Assembly (NCBI GenBank): GCA_951406725.2
Contig: OX597822.1
Span: 64,914,001 to 64,978,000 of the forward strand
Direction of reading: 5' to 3'
From: Octopus vulgaris
Taxonomy: Eukaryota
DNA length: 64,000 nucleotides
Part shown: positions 14,811-29,041 of the stretch, piece by piece
Layout of the letters: every line of letters begins with the position of its first letter
Numbering within the stretch: the stretch's first letter is position 1
Translations under genes and position numbers: made by a program
Notes under the pieces: generated by a model
Seen by the model: only the letters and a program-made list of their open reading frames with translations
Database searches by the model: none
What the model was told of the DNA's origin: nothing

Positions 14811-15008
14811 TAGACAACAACATGTGCATATTCATTTTGTAACTACACAGTATTGTATTCTAGTTATTTTTTACCCGGCTATCAACTTTGTACCCTTATA
14901 TGGATTTCGTTATACGTGTAATATAGTTTAAAATCGATTTCAGCAATGAACACTAGACGATAGAAACGCAAATGCTGAATGTTATGTACATCAATTGATA
15001 GATTAATT

Positions 15009-15009
<1 letters not shown>

Positions 15010-15065
<56 letters not shown>

Positions 15066-15127
15066 TAGATATATAGATAGATAGATAAACGAAAAGACTG
15101 CGTGTGTTGAAGGATAGATATATAGGT

Positions 15128-15186
<59 letters not shown>

Positions 15187-15190
15187 TAGC

Positions 15191-15239
<49 letters not shown>

Positions 15240-15368
15240 TGATAGATAGATAGATAGATGGATGGATGGACAGGTAGGTAGGCAGAGAGATAGATAGATA
15301 GATAAATAGATAAATTGATAGATAGGCTGATAGATGGATAGATGGATGGATGGATGGATGGATGGATG

Positions 15369-15447
<79 letters not shown>

Positions 15448-15509
15448 GGATGGACAGGTAGGTAGGCAGAGAGATAGATAGAGACTGATATATATATATA
15501 TATATATAT

Positions 15510-15560
<51 letters not shown>
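15010..15560. repeat. Compound (GA)n/(TA)n/(GATA)n/(GATG)n microsatellite
   Basis: Directly visible. Confidence 0.9.
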
Positions 15561-15564
<4 letters not shown>

Positions 15565-16297
15565 AGAAATAGAGGTGGGGGAAGAGGTAGTTGAAGAATG
15601 AGTTGGGGGCGGGAAGGCATCGATGAATAAAGAGTTTTATTCTCTCGTCTAAATAGAAACACACCGGAAATGTTAATTTAATTAAATGCAATCATTGATT
15701 TGTCGTTTACTTAATTGGAGATACTTCAGGTGAAAACGCGTTTGGTATTAATGTAATATAGAATACACCCTTACGACATTACCAGCAACAAAAACAACAA
15801 CAGCAAAAAATAAGAACAAAGCCAAACGCACCAACTTCAACAACAATATCATCATCGTCATTATCAACAAAAACAACAACAACAACAACAACGTTATCAT
15901 CATAAGGAACAGCAACAACAACAACAACATCAGCAATGCCACCTACAACAATACCAGCAACAATAACGAAACCGACTCAGCCAAATTACAATAACAACAA
16001 CAACAACAACAACAATAACAACAACGGCAACAACAACAACAAGAACAATATCAATGGTGGAAATAGAAAAGCAACAAGAATGGTAACAAGCGCAAAAATA
16101 TTAGAAGCAACAGGGGCAGCAGGAGCAGCAAGAGCAACAGTAGTGAGAATAATAATCGGTGGAGATACCGAAGGCTATAGGTACGAACCTAGCAAGAGAA
16201 ATAAGAAGGAAAAGATGATGAATGAAAATAAATGAAATAATAAATGGTGGGAGGGGGAATGTTAATTAATGAGAGTAATAAAATTACATGCAACTAG

Positions 16298-16444
16298 AAG
16301 ATGATGATGATGATGATGACCATGGATTATGATGATGATGATGACCACGACGACTACGATGATGGATTATGATGATTATGATGGTAATGGTAATGATGAT
16401 GTTGATAATGATGATGATGGTTACGACGACGACGACGATGATGT

Positions 16445-16480
<36 letters not shown>

Positions 16481-16535
16481 CGACGATGATGACGATGATG
16501 ATGATGATAATGATGATGACGACGACGACGACGAC

Positions 16536-16568
<33 letters not shown>

Positions 16569-16662
16569 AATGATGATGACGACGACGACAACGATGATGA
16601 TGATGATGATGACTATGATGATGATGATACTGAGAAAGACGTTGATGTTGAAGGTGATGTTC

Positions 16663-16717
<55 letters not shown>

Positions 16718-17026
16718 CAATGATTGAGGTGTCGATGCTGGTTATGACGACGACGACGATGTTGAAAATAGCGAGAACGTTGACGACGACGACGGCGATA
16801 GCGATGACAACGACCATAATATGATGATAATGAAAGTTATGGTGACGATGTTGATGATGATGATGATGATGACGACAACGACGATGGTGATGATGACGAT
16901 AACGATGTTGACGGTTATGATGATGATTATGATGATGATGATGACGACAACGACGATGGTGATGATGACGATAACGATGTTGACGGTTATGATGATGATT
17001 ATGATGAGGAAGACGTTGATGGTGAA

Positions 17027-17080
<54 letters not shown>
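16298..17080. repeat. (GAT)n/(GAC)n trinucleotide tract with higher-order duplications
   Basis: Directly visible; source of the poly-D/M/I pseudo-ORFs. Confidence 0.9.
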
Positions 17081-17252
17081 AGTAAGTCCATATTTACAAT
17101 TTTTTTTCTTCTTCTCAGAAATACAAACACCATAATTACACTTCCATTTCAAGTCTAAGAAAATTCTTTGGTTCCGTACAATTGCTGAGTAAGCCGCATA
17201 CAGAAAACAATATTTCACACTTATTTATATACAATGTTACCATCTCGAAAGA

Positions 17253-17322
17253 GACTTCAAAGTTTCGGTTTTCCTAGCCGTCGTCAGAGTGATGACAGCT
17301 TGTTAGTCGAAACTTCGAAGTC
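17253..17322. ncRNA. Inverted pair of degenerate hammerhead cores
   Basis: Minus: CUGACGA c GG..CC GAAAC UUUGAA GUC. Plus: (g)UGAUGA c AGCU uguu AGUC GAAAC UUCGAA GUC. The arms are imperfect reverse complements. Confidence 0.5.
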
Positions 17323-17435
17323 ACGGTGACCTTTTTCTGTGAAATAAAAAATAAGCAGAAACAAAATGGTATGGTACTGTACGACTAAAAAGAATTGAGC
17401 AGCCTTCTGTTTAAGCTTAAATTGTTTGTGTGTAC

Positions 17436-17466
<31 letters not shown>

Positions 17467-17496
17467 TGTATGTATGTATGTATGTATGTATGTATG

Positions 17497-17571
<75 letters not shown>

Positions 17572-17584
17572 ACACACATGCACA

Positions 17585-17619
<35 letters not shown>

Positions 17620-17680
17620 TCACACACACGCGAACGCGCGCGTCGCACACACGCACAAATGCGCGCGCGCACACACACAG

Positions 17681-18429
<749 letters not shown>

Positions 18430-18595
18430 CATATATATATATATAGTGATATCGAGATTAAACAACCGAAATCACTAAGATGATCCTGTTCCCGACTGAA
18501 GATTAGAGGCTTCGAATGACCCATCGGTTTTTTGTGTCGTCTCCTTGTGTGTTTTTACGTTTTTGTCCCACTTTGTAATTTATATTTTATATTAA

Positions 18596-18639
<44 letters not shown>

Positions 18640-18686
18640 TATATATCAGTATATATATATGTTATCCTTGGAACAAAGCCTCTTCC

Positions 18687-18927
18687 AGTAGTGTAACCCC
18701 TCGACTATCGCGGGTGTTACGTTCCAACACCTTCCACAGAAATAATTAAAATCTAAAAATATATAAATATCTATCGGCCGTAGATACCCAGATAAACTAA
18801 GGAGTACGCAATATGAATTCAAATATATCAGCCAGAAAAATCCGCGATGTACTGAGTGCGCGTTAGGTGGACCGCGATATACTGACTGCGTGATAGGTGA
18901 ACCGCGATATGGCGTGGTATTAATGTA
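18687..18927. mobile_element. pogo/Tigger-like MITE
   Basis: Imperfect TIRs GTAACCCCTCGACTATCGCGG ... CCGCGATATGGCGTGGTATTA; sub-terminal CCGCGAT repeats. Confidence 0.6.
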
Positions 18928-19419
18928 TTCATTCGCTGCACCGCGCTCCAGACACACGCTTGTTTGAAAAGTCATTAGAAATGTCTATGCGATACGTTAT
19001 CATAAAAGCATGGCCTGTCTGTTGGAATGTATAGTTGCTATTTTTTCACGTAACTTCTTAAAACCATGAAGTTCCCATCTGTCATGCTTTCATTATGTTT
19101 TCTAAATCAGTACTTTAAAATTTATTCAACAGATGTCGTACTCTCTCTCTTTTTCTCTCTCTCTTTCGCTCTGTCTCTCTGTCTCTCTGTCTCTCTCTCT
19201 CTTCGGCTCTCTTGCACACCCAACGCTAGCATATATAAATTAGCTTGTTCATCATTTTTTCAGTCTAGGGAGAAATAGATTAGTTTGTCCTGCTTATATA
19301 TATATACACACATATAAACAGGATAAATTTAGCTATATCGCCATAGAATGAAAAAAATGCTATATATTTACACACACACGCGCACACACACACACATATA
19401 TATATGGGATTGCTCTTAG

Positions 19420-19725
19420 AAAGTTACTCTACGAGTTACTCTAGAAAGTTACTCTACGAGGCACAAGTCGGGCAAGGTTGTTTATGGAAGACCAGCAGTC
19501 GCCCAGGCATACCAGCCTCCCCTCTCCACACCACTGATGTTATCCAAGGGAAAGACAAAGGAGCCAATACAGCTTGGCACCTGTGACATCGCAACTCATT
19601 TCTACTGCTGAGTTAACTGGAGCAACGTGAAAATAATGTGTCTTGCTCAAGAACACCACACACAGCCCGGTCCGGAAATTGAACTCACAACCTCACGATC
19701 GTAAGGTCGACGCTCTAACTACTGC

Positions 19726-19730
<5 letters not shown>
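19420..19730 (-). mobile_element. tRNA-derived CORE-like SINE
   Basis: Minus: TGGCGCAGTAG A-box, GAGTTCAATTT B-box, TTGAGCAAGACAC...CTCCAGTTAACTCAGCAGTAGAAATGAGT core-like segment, tandem AGAGTAAC tail. Confidence 0.7.
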
Positions 19731-19788
<58 letters not shown>

Positions 19789-19862
19789 TTGAAAAATAAG
19801 AATGTATAAGCATGGGGCAAAAATTGGATTGACTTGTGTATATATGTTTAATCTAAGGTGTA

Positions 19863-19932
19863 CCTGCTGAAGAAAACTTCGCCTAGCAAATTATTTTATT
19901 TGCAAAAAAAAAGTCTGAAACCATTGTCCAGG
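19863..19932 (+). ncRNA. Type I hammerhead ribozyme motif
   Basis: CCUG CUGAAGA AAACUU..GCAAAU uauuuu AUUUGC..AAGUCU GAAAC CAUU GUC CAGG. Stem I CCUG/CAGG; one A-C mismatch in stem II. Confidence 0.7.
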
Positions 19933-20146
19933 AGTTAGATGGCAAATGTTTTTATTTTTCATACCCTTCGAAGTTTTATCCCTAATAGTGGTTTGGAATT
20001 TAACTGTTCTTCCTAGCGTGCAAGGAGTCATATGATGGATGTCTCTTATGTGTTTAAATGTACACTGTATATATATATTGTATTGGCTTAAGTTTTACAT
20101 TGTATGATTTGCCTAATAGTGGTTTTATCTCTAATTTAATATAATA

Positions 20147-20234
<88 letters not shown>

Positions 20235-20260
20235 GTATATATATATGTGTATATATATGT

Positions 20261-20450
20261 AGCCTCAAGCGTGGCTGAGCGGTTCCGGGTTCAGTCCTAT
20301 TGCGTGGCGCCTTGAGCAATTGTCCTCTACTAAAGCCCCAGCCCGATCTAAGCCTTGTGAATAAATTTGGTAGATGGAAACTGAAAGAAGCCCCTCATAT
20401 AAATGTATTTGTGTGTGTGTATGTCTTTGTGTCCGTGTTTGTCTCTCCTA
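20261..20450 (+). mobile_element. SINE family A 5' fragment
   Basis: GGTTCCGGGTTCAGTCC...GGAAACTGAAAGAAGCCC. Confidence 0.7.
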
Positions 20451-22330
20451 CCCCTCAAATACTCTTGAGCAATGCATTTCAACTCAGCTATAAAGGTTAA
20501 CATTGTAACAGAATGGCCTTCTCTCAGGAGTTATGTTGACCTGCTCGTCTAACCAGCAGAGTGGTGCCATTTGAATGCTAACACAATGCAAAATGCACTG
20601 TGATTAGCGATGTACTACAAAGTACACCGTGACCAGCGATGCATATATATATAATGTCATGTTATCTGGTCAATAACATGACTTTATATAGATTGAATCA
20701 ATAGATTCAGGACTACGTATCTATAAGCAAGGTTGAGATGAAAGTTTGCTAATGATACTGCTTCCGAAACAAAAATATTGAGTTTCTGCTAATATGTCTG
20801 TGCAAATATGTATGCATAAGTATATGCTTGTTTATATGTGTATATGTAAAAACTTACAAACGGCATACCGTTAACTAAAAAAAACTTTCCACTTATAGAT
20901 AAAGGAATTTGTTGTTACGTAATAGTTGATGTGGTGATGGGAGGGGGGTAAGAGCTTATGTAGAAAGCAATAAATATTGCGTTTCCTCAGATGATTTTGA
21001 TGTGAAATTACCTAAAATTGTGCATTGACATATTCAGTAATAACTTTTTCTCACATCTCTTGAACTCTACCAAATCCAGATTTGAGCGCCAACACTTCAA
21101 ACTTCGGTGATTCGTGAAAAAGCGGCAGAAAATTAGTAATTTTGGAAGAGAAAATGATGTTGCATGAAAAGAAAAACCAAAAAAAAAAAAAGCCCCAAAT
21201 TGAACAGCGCTGACTCTTAAACTCAAAAGCCCCTGGGAAACTTACAACACAAGATGAATGAGATACAAACATTAAATATGTTTTCTTATCAGTTTGTGTT
21301 TTGTGCAGTGTTATATATGTAATATACAGCAATGGCCCGGTGTTGTAGATGCAAGCTCAACTGGCTAAAATGTGTGTTTGGTATTTATCTGTTCAATGCA
21401 TTACAATAGCACGAATTATGAAACCTTCATCGTCATTCATCTTTCATAATCATGATGTCGTAGCTTTTATGTTTTCTGGTCTGTTTATATAAATCACATC
21501 GATGTATATATTTTTTTCAGGTTTTTCTACAAAAGACATGTCTGGTGGGCATATAGGACTTGACACGTAATCAAGTCCCCTGGTATAGTGGATATTTCTG
21601 TTATGTTACCCAAGGTGTCAGTAACTATTCAAGGTTATGTATATATGTTTTTTTTTTGCTTTTCCCTGAAAAGAAAACTTATCTCATGCGATATAATCTC
21701 AGTTATGTTGAGACATTACCTTCTCAATAAGAGGTTATCGGAGGTGTAAGGTCCAGCTATCATTTATATATCAAATACAATAGTTCCAAGCCGTGTAGCT
21801 TCAGAGATGACTGAGCTGACAAGGTATATATCGTACTACGAATTGAATAATCGCTTTTTCGAATTTCGTAACCGCTTCTGAGTAAGTACATACAGCTTGG
21901 TTCACTGAGGTATGAACAACCTTACCTATGTATACTAACTGAAGTATTAAATCAGATATCACAAAACTTTTTTATTTCTCGATATTTACTTAATATTGTG
22001 GTTTATGTGCGTATCTTACTATAGTTTCTTCTAGATTGTATCTGAAAGTGTATTCATTCTTTAATCATAGATCAGAATTACATAAGAACCTCTGTGTTAA
22101 TGGCGTACTATGTACTGTTTTATAGAAACAGTGACACACGCAGCGTATGCAGGCGACACATGTGCTTACATGTAGTGGTTATTGCATACATTTAGAAATA
22201 TTCAGCCCAAAATATTCACGCAAACATACATAGAAGTCTTTAGAAGTATGTTAGTGAACATTTCTTTGTTTGGAGACGAAGCATCGGTTTCCAGATACAT
22301 ATATACATACACAAACATATACATACATAC

Positions 22331-22435
<105 letters not shown>

Positions 22436-22609
22436 CATCTATAATAAATAGTAAATAATATATAGTATACACACACACACATATATATACACATGCATAT
22501 ATGGGTACAGAATATCACCAAATGTACAAGAATCACACACACACCTCTCTCTCTATATATATATATATGTACATACGTAGATATATATACACATATATAT
22601 ACATGAATA

Positions 22610-22643
<34 letters not shown>

Positions 22644-23064
22644 CATATAATATACATATACATACACCCACACACACATCACACATATACATATAGAGAT
22701 ATACCAACAACATGTAAATACTCGTGCATACGTGCACATACACACGCAAATGTCTGTGCTATGTCTCGTACACATCATCAGGAGTAAATGTAATTAATCT
22801 GCATATTACGCAGGAAAACATTACATTAGACGCGACTGATATTCGTTGCAGCTCCAACTCCAACGCCAGCGCCAGCGCCACCTTCCTCCGTCCACCAAAG
22901 ACTAAATCTTGTTTATCCCCTCACACCGCATGTGTCTTGTCATCACGTCGAGTTCTTTGAACTTAAGCGATACGATAAGAAGCCAAAAATATGGCGACGG
23001 ATATTATTTATTCATCGAAATGGGCGACATGTCTGAAAAACAAAAAACAACCCAACCCGAAACA

Positions 23065-23465
<401 letters not shown>

Positions 23466-24620
23466 AAAATCACAGAGCTGCCGCAGATAATAAAAAAAAA
23501 AAAAGTGAGTAATGATAAATGAATAACTACAAGGGGCTGAGTTGAGCAAAAATATGTTCCGCCGAGGTTATATAATATTTCAATGACCTTAGCCAGGCTT
23601 GTTGTGCACTGTTGCGAGGAGAATAAAAATCGATCAATATGTATTATATCATCTCTTTGAGGCTAAAAAAAAAATACAAAACAAAAAGAAACAAGAACAA
23701 AAAAAACAAAAAACAAAACAAAAACGAAACAGAAACAAAAAAAATATGCAATGACAAGAAAGTATCGACATTGCCAGAAAATCAAAAAAAGAAAAAAACC
23801 GACAAACTATATAAAAATATAAAAACACCAGCATTAAAGAAAAGCAAGAATAAACATAAACAAAAACGAGAAAAACTTTCCATCTGTCGTTATTTTTTTC
23901 CTTTCTTCCCACCTCTGTCTCCATCTGCTTCCCTCGAATTTTAATGCCTTCAATTTCTTCAACTCTTATCCTATCTCCATCGCCTATTTTTAATTTCATC
24001 TGTTTTACTGGTTTATCGTGTTTTTAGTTTTTTTTCGATCCAAATCACTGACGTCAGCATTTTTTTCTTCTTTTCTCTACGTCTGCTTTCTATCCTGTTT
24101 ACATTTCGTGATTCAATTTCTCTCTTGTCACTGGAGGGTGTTTTGTCATCTACGTTTATTGATGTGCTTCGATGACTTTACAAGCCTCCAAAAATGTAAT
24201 TAATAACATTAATAATGATTTCTAACATGAACACATGGTTATGAATTACGGGGGAGGGGGAGGGGGAACACCGGATTATATCGACCCCAGGATGATGAAA
24301 GGTAATTTTGACCTTTGCCGGATTTGAACGCTAAGAGATATAACCGAATCTCTCAAGGCATCTATACCGCGGCACTCTTCAGATTCTGTCAATCTAGCAC
24401 ACTAATAATTCTTACAAATTTTGGCATAAGGCTAGCACTTTTGAGAGGAGGGGCAAGGCGATTACATAGACACAATCCTCGATGAAAGGCACAGAGGACC
24501 ATGAAGGAATTTCAGGTTAAAATGTTACGAGTTGGAAGAAATGCAGCTGGGTGTGTAGTCTCGGTGTTAACGATTCTGCCAGCTCCCCGCCTTAATCTAC
24601 CACCATAATTATAATAGTAT

Positions 24621-24676
<56 letters not shown>

Positions 24677-24720
24677 ATAATAATAATAATAATAATAATA
24701 ATAAGGATAATAATAATAAT

Positions 24721-25080
24721 CGGATGCAGTACCAGGCAGTGGCTCTCATGGCTGCTGATCTTAACTGATTGGAAGTGTTATGTACATTGTTTAGTCTTGG
24801 TATAAAAGATGGGCTACAGCAAATATTCTGCTCAATACCACAGTCAGTTGTTTGACCATAACCAGTTGAGCATGTCCCTAAGTGGCTGACGATATGTGCA
24901 TCTCTGATCACAAGCAGTAGTGGGGGAGTATCATAGCCGTGTGTTGAGAGGAATTCTTGGAAGTTTGGATAATTCACATTTGGAAACATGGGTGGTTCAA
25001 AATCCTTAACCAATCCTTATTCAGGGACCTTTTGAGCGGTATGGGCTACTCGACCAGAAGAAAATTCTAACTGCGCTCCT
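24721..25080 (+). mobile_element. Element C ((TAA)n-associated), 3'-truncated
   Basis: Begins directly after (TAA)n with GATGCAGTACCAGGCAGTGGCTCTC; matches 39650-40203. Confidence 0.8.
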
Positions 25081-25624
25081 CCATTGCATATGACAACACT
25101 TACAAAAGGAACAAGTGACGCTGTCTACGACCAACCAAATGCGTGGGTCAGTCAAACAACCACATTACCAGACGTTCCGAAAGGTAACCAGTCACTTTGA
25201 CCACGAGTAAGAGTCACTGTGATTGAACCACTGAAAACAAGTTCGAAACTGCTTGCTTTATTACTGCCACCAAATAGCAATAGTCGTTCTAGTAGAAAGC
25301 TTTTAGTCAATTGTTACTATCGTAGATGGCAAAAGCGCTGGAACTCCATACGAATCGCGTAGAGGCATATCGTGTGTCTTTAAGTTTTGACCTCAAATTC
25401 CACCGGGGTCGATAAAAATAAGTATCAGTTAATTACTAGAATCGGTCGATAAAATAAATACCAGTTAAATACTGCTCTTGTGCCAAAAATTGAAACCATT
25501 TTAGACGGTACATATAAGTTGCTGAAATCATTTGACAATGCGGATAAGTTGTATTGGTTACATTGATCTCCTCCGATTTTTAACCGCGTTTTGCTCTATT
25601 ATGATTAGTATTATTTTGAGAGGA

Positions 25625-26199
25625 TTAAATGCAGAAGTTGGCATGGATGGGTGAGGGGGTTAGTTCATTAGATCGACTTCATTGCACAACTGGTATTTAA
25701 TTTATCGACCCCAAAAGGATGAAAGGCAAAGTCGACCTCGGTGGAATTTTAACTCAGAACATAAAGACAGACGAAATACCTATTTCTTTACTACCCACAA
25801 ATGGCTAAACACAGAGAGGACAAACAAGGGCAGACAAACGGATTAATTCGATTATATCGACCCCAGTGCGTAACTGGTACTTATTTAATCGGCCCCGAAA
25901 GGATGAAAGGCAAAGTCGACCTCGGCGGAATTTGAACTCAGAACGTAGCGGCAGACGAAATACCTATTTCTCTACTAAACAAGGGGCTAAACACAGGGTG
26001 GACAAACAAGGACAGACAAACGGATTAAGTCGATTATATCGAGCCCAGTGCGTAACTGGTACTTATTTAATCGGCCCTGAAAGGATGAAAGGCAAAGTCG
26101 TCCTCGGCGGAATTTGAACTCAGAACGTAGCGGCAGACGAAATATCGCTAAGCATTTCGCCCGGCATGCTAACTAACATTTCTGCCAGGTGGCCGCCTT
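25625..26199 (-). mobile_element. Head-to-tail array of SINE family B (3 units)
   Basis: AAAGGATGAAAGGCAAAGTCG recurs three times with ~180-bp period. Confidence 0.85.
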
Positions 26200-26359
26200 A
26201 TTAATTAAGATATAATAAAAGAAAATACATAGTGAACCGTAGATGAGTAAACACAGAACTGCACATACCCTATGAAAAACGAAACTCGGGAGGCGTGTAG
26301 TTTTGTTTTGCACTTATGATAAACTGAATATATACAAATCATAAAAATAATAAAAAAAA

Positions 26360-26447
26360 TATACAGTACCGTTTCTACTTCGCGTATTTTCACCTATCGC
26401 GGGATGTTTTTGGAACGTAACACCCGCGACAGTCGAGGGATTACTGT
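26360..26447 (-). mobile_element. pogo/Tigger-like MITE end
   Basis: CCCGCGACAGTCGAGGGATTACTG-TA, the reverse complement of the ends at 17681 and 18690. Confidence 0.6.
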
Positions 26448-26687
26448 ATGTTGTCGAATATACTTTAATTTAAGAGAGAATTGAGTTAAATCTGACCACA
26501 TAGAGACACACTCTTCGGGCTGTAATTCTGGTGATTAATTTTTCGCATGTGACAGGAATGGCCTGTTTTATAGTACAGCAAGAAATAAATTGTGACGGGT
26601 AGTGACCTTAATTATTATATCGTTCTTTAATAAAAGTATTGCTCTTGTTTATTCTCAGAAAAGATCTGACTGAGCAAATTTATAACC

Positions 26688-26918
26688 TATTTCTTTATTA
26701 CCCACAAGGGGCTAAACACAGAGGGGACAAACAAGGACAGACATAGGTATTAAGTCGATTACATCGACTCCAGTGCGTAACTGGTACTTAATTTATCGAC
26801 CCCGAAAGAATGAAAGGCAAAGTCGACCTCGGCGGAATTTGAACTCAGAACGTAACGACAGGCGAAATACCGCTAAGCATTTCGCCCGGCGTGCTAACGT
26901 TTCTGCCAGCTCGCCGCC
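26688..26918 (-). mobile_element. Full-length SINE family B with 17-bp target-site duplication
   Basis: TGAGCAAATTTATAACC at 26671-26687 and 26919-26935; head GGCGGCGAGCTGGCAGAAACGTTAG, B-box GAGTTCAAATTCC, 3' end AAAGAAATA. Confidence 0.9.
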
Positions 26919-27781
26919 TGAGCAAATTTATAACCGTTGTCATCGTATTTCTGATAATCTCTTTCTTTATAGTAAATTTTTACACGCTTGGTCGTCTGAG
27001 AGCGTACATTGACGAATATATCCCTTTTTTTCCTTAAACGGTAGGGATTTGGTTCATGGAAATTTTCGTTGCAATTTCTAGCAATTTCATCAACCATTTT
27101 ACTGTTCCAGCGCTGTGCCGTCCTGTTGTGTCAGGTGGTGAGCATGCTGCGGACGCCCTCCCCATTTGGCTTCCGCCAGGAACAGACTACCGTGATGACA
27201 GCAGATACATCACCATACAGTTGATAGTGTATGAAGAGACCCTTTGTGTAAATAGGGATGCAGAATTTAATATTACCCCAGCACCAAAATTTGAAAGGAT
27301 GTGAGGGAAAAAGCATGAGAAATTAAAGAACAGAAAAAACATAGTAGATGTAGGGAAGAAGAGAGGATTAATAGCAATGAAAATAAACAGAATCGTAGTA
27401 AGAACGACAGAAAGAAAGAAGCAAAAAGAAAGCATCAAGTATTAGTATATAAAGGGATAAGTCCGTTTGCATTCTGTGTTCCTATCCCGTTGGGTTTGAA
27501 TTTCCTTTTTACCTCCTAGGGTGTTGAAAAAGTTAATACATGTCAAAAGAACTACATTTTTCTAATTTCTTTTTCTTCTTCTTGAAACAATGGTGCTGAT
27601 AGCCTTAACAAACCTAACACTATTTGATGAATCGTAAAGATGGCGTTTAAATTGTGCGTGCGTGCGTGCATGCGTGTGTGTGTGTGTGTGTGTGCTGTGT
27701 GTGCGTATGTGTTTGTGCGATGTGTGCGTATGTGTTTGTGTGAGTGTGTACGTACATACATGTGTCATATCTGTGTGCAAA

Positions 27782-27837
<56 letters not shown>

Positions 27838-27894
27838 AAAGTTAACAATGGATAAAAGGCTGACACCCTAACCACGAAGCCACGCGCCTCCACC

Positions 27895-27953
<59 letters not shown>

Positions 27954-27985
27954 CAACAACAACAACAATAATAATAACAATAATG

Positions 27986-28016
<31 letters not shown>

Positions 28017-28039
28017 CAACAATAATAATGATAATAATA

Positions 28040-28085
<46 letters not shown>

Positions 28086-28117
28086 CAACAACAACAACAA
28101 TAATAATAACAATAATG

Positions 28118-28148
<31 letters not shown>

Positions 28149-28194
28149 CAACAATAATAATGATAATAATAATAGTAATAATAATAATAATAAT

Positions 28195-28271
<77 letters not shown>

Positions 28272-28281
28272 TAATAATAGC

Positions 28282-28338
<57 letters not shown>
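27895..28338. repeat. (AAT)n/(AAC)n then (TA)n microsatellite
   Basis: Directly visible. Confidence 0.95.
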
Positions 28339-28340
<2 letters not shown>

Positions 28341-28403
28341 AAATAGAATTCAGAAAATGGAGATGTAACATTAATATAGTTTATTAACTGCAAAAGTTCA
28401 ACA

Positions 28404-28498
28404 CGTTCTCTTACAGCTGTTTCGATTTTGCCCAAAGAATTAAATTCCAGTATTTAAAAACATTATATTGGGCAAAATCTCATCAGAGGAATAGAACG
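28404..28498 (-). ncRNA. Type I hammerhead ribozyme motif
   Basis: CGUUCU auuc CU CUGAUGA GAUUUUGCCCAA (32 nt) UUGGGCAAAAUC GAAAC AGCU GUA AG AGAACG. Perfect 12-bp stem II, palindromic ACAGCUGU, bulged stem I. Confidence 0.8.
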
Positions 28499-28953
28499 GA
28501 CATACCGTTAAGTTGTTAGATGCTGTACTACCGAATCATCTCAACAGACTGAATATCATTTAATTACTAAAATTGGTATACAACTTTGGTCAGGAGGTAA
28601 GAGGTTGTATAAGGGTAATAATAGGTAAATAAAGGTTAGATAGTGAATTACAGTAAATATACATATATATCATAATAAATATATCATATTAAATCATATT
28701 AAATAAAGTCTGCTACCACTTTTTCATCGCTTTATAGTGCGGGTTGAAAGAGAAAGCTTCCTTTCGGCCAATGGCCATATCTAACCATCAGTTGTCTAAA
28801 TTTAAATTTAATATGTTTCAGGATTATTTCTTTCACTAAAACCTAATTTGTCGTTCGCTGGTTTGACGAGCCTTCAGTTGAGAGTTTACTAAAAAGACGT
28901 TTTCACGGTCTATTGCTGAGAAACTTTCAGGTTTTGTGCCAATAGTAGAAAGG

Positions 28954-29041
<88 letters not shown>

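Noticed and set aside
22762-22785. Minus-strand CTGATGA-TGTGTAC-GAGAC
   Set aside because: GAAA box mutated, negligible stem II, no stem I
24049-24056. Perfect CRE palindrome TGACGTCA
   Set aside because: An 8-mer is expected about once by chance in 64 kb; no promoter context
25625-26199. Regularly spaced repeats superficially like a CRISPR array
   Set aside because: Whole ~180-bp units repeat (no unique spacers), they are SINE copies, no cas genes, eukaryotic context
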